In this document: positions 63,787 to 64,000 of the stretch, one piece after another
Layout: every line of letters begins with the position of its first letter
Position numbering within the stretch: position 1 is the stretch's first letter
From: Botryllus schlosseri
Taxonomy: Eukaryota
Assembly: GCA_051294905.1 (NCBI GenBank)
Contig: CM119384.1
Location: 5,456,001 to 5,520,000 of the forward strand
Reading direction: 5' to 3'
DNA length: 64,000 nucleotides
The notes under the pieces: generated by a model
Told to the model about the DNA's origin: nothing
The model's database searches: none
What the model saw: the letters and a program-made list of their open reading frames with translations, nothing else
Translations under genes and position numbers: made by a program

Positions 63787-64000
63787 GTCTCACGTTCACA
63801 ATAAGAACAGTCATGTTCCCAATAAGAACAGTCTGATGTTAGTTATATATCATATTATATTATTATATGTTCACAATAGCGTCTGTCGCAGCACCAACAT
63901 ATCCAAGACAGTTGCAACCCGGACATCGTGTCTGGAGTGTGTTCGGACCATGTCTGGGCTGTTCGGACTGCTTTGGCACTTGAACATCGTGTCTGGTGAG

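Overview
Eukaryotic (most likely invertebrate animal) genomic DNA; the species cannot be determined from this window. It holds the last three coding exons of a TTC21B/IFT139 orthologue (219-2203, +). About 2 kb downstream begins a SKI/SKIL (Ski/Sno) gene (+), for which I can splice ten in-phase GT-AG coding exons (4314-53763, 690 codons); its terminal exon is unresolved. The SKI introns are full of DNA transposons: an apparently intact pogo-type DD35D element (4788-7653), a piggyBac element with an intact, intron-containing transposase gene on the minus strand (45061-50892), about nine hAT-type MITEs/non-autonomous elements, and a 2983-bp P-like non-autonomous element (60804-63786) inserted in a minisatellite. 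Features not explained by ordinary annotation: (1) about 24 copies, in both orientations, of a ~150-bp repeat confined to 13.6-53.4 kb; (2) a ~745-bp near-perfect palindrome centred on a hAT end; (3) 30-43-bp TIR-only mini-elements with 7-bp target duplications; (4) degenerate copies of the piggyBac C-terminal coding end on both sides of the gene; (5) alternative splice donors that include or remove an in-frame stop in the piggyBac gene; (6) a His-to-Asp change at a SAND-domain zinc ligand of SKI. No CRISPR, rRNA or canonical tRNA gene was seen. All alignments and counts were made by eye; protein assignments rest on remembered family motifs, not on database searches.
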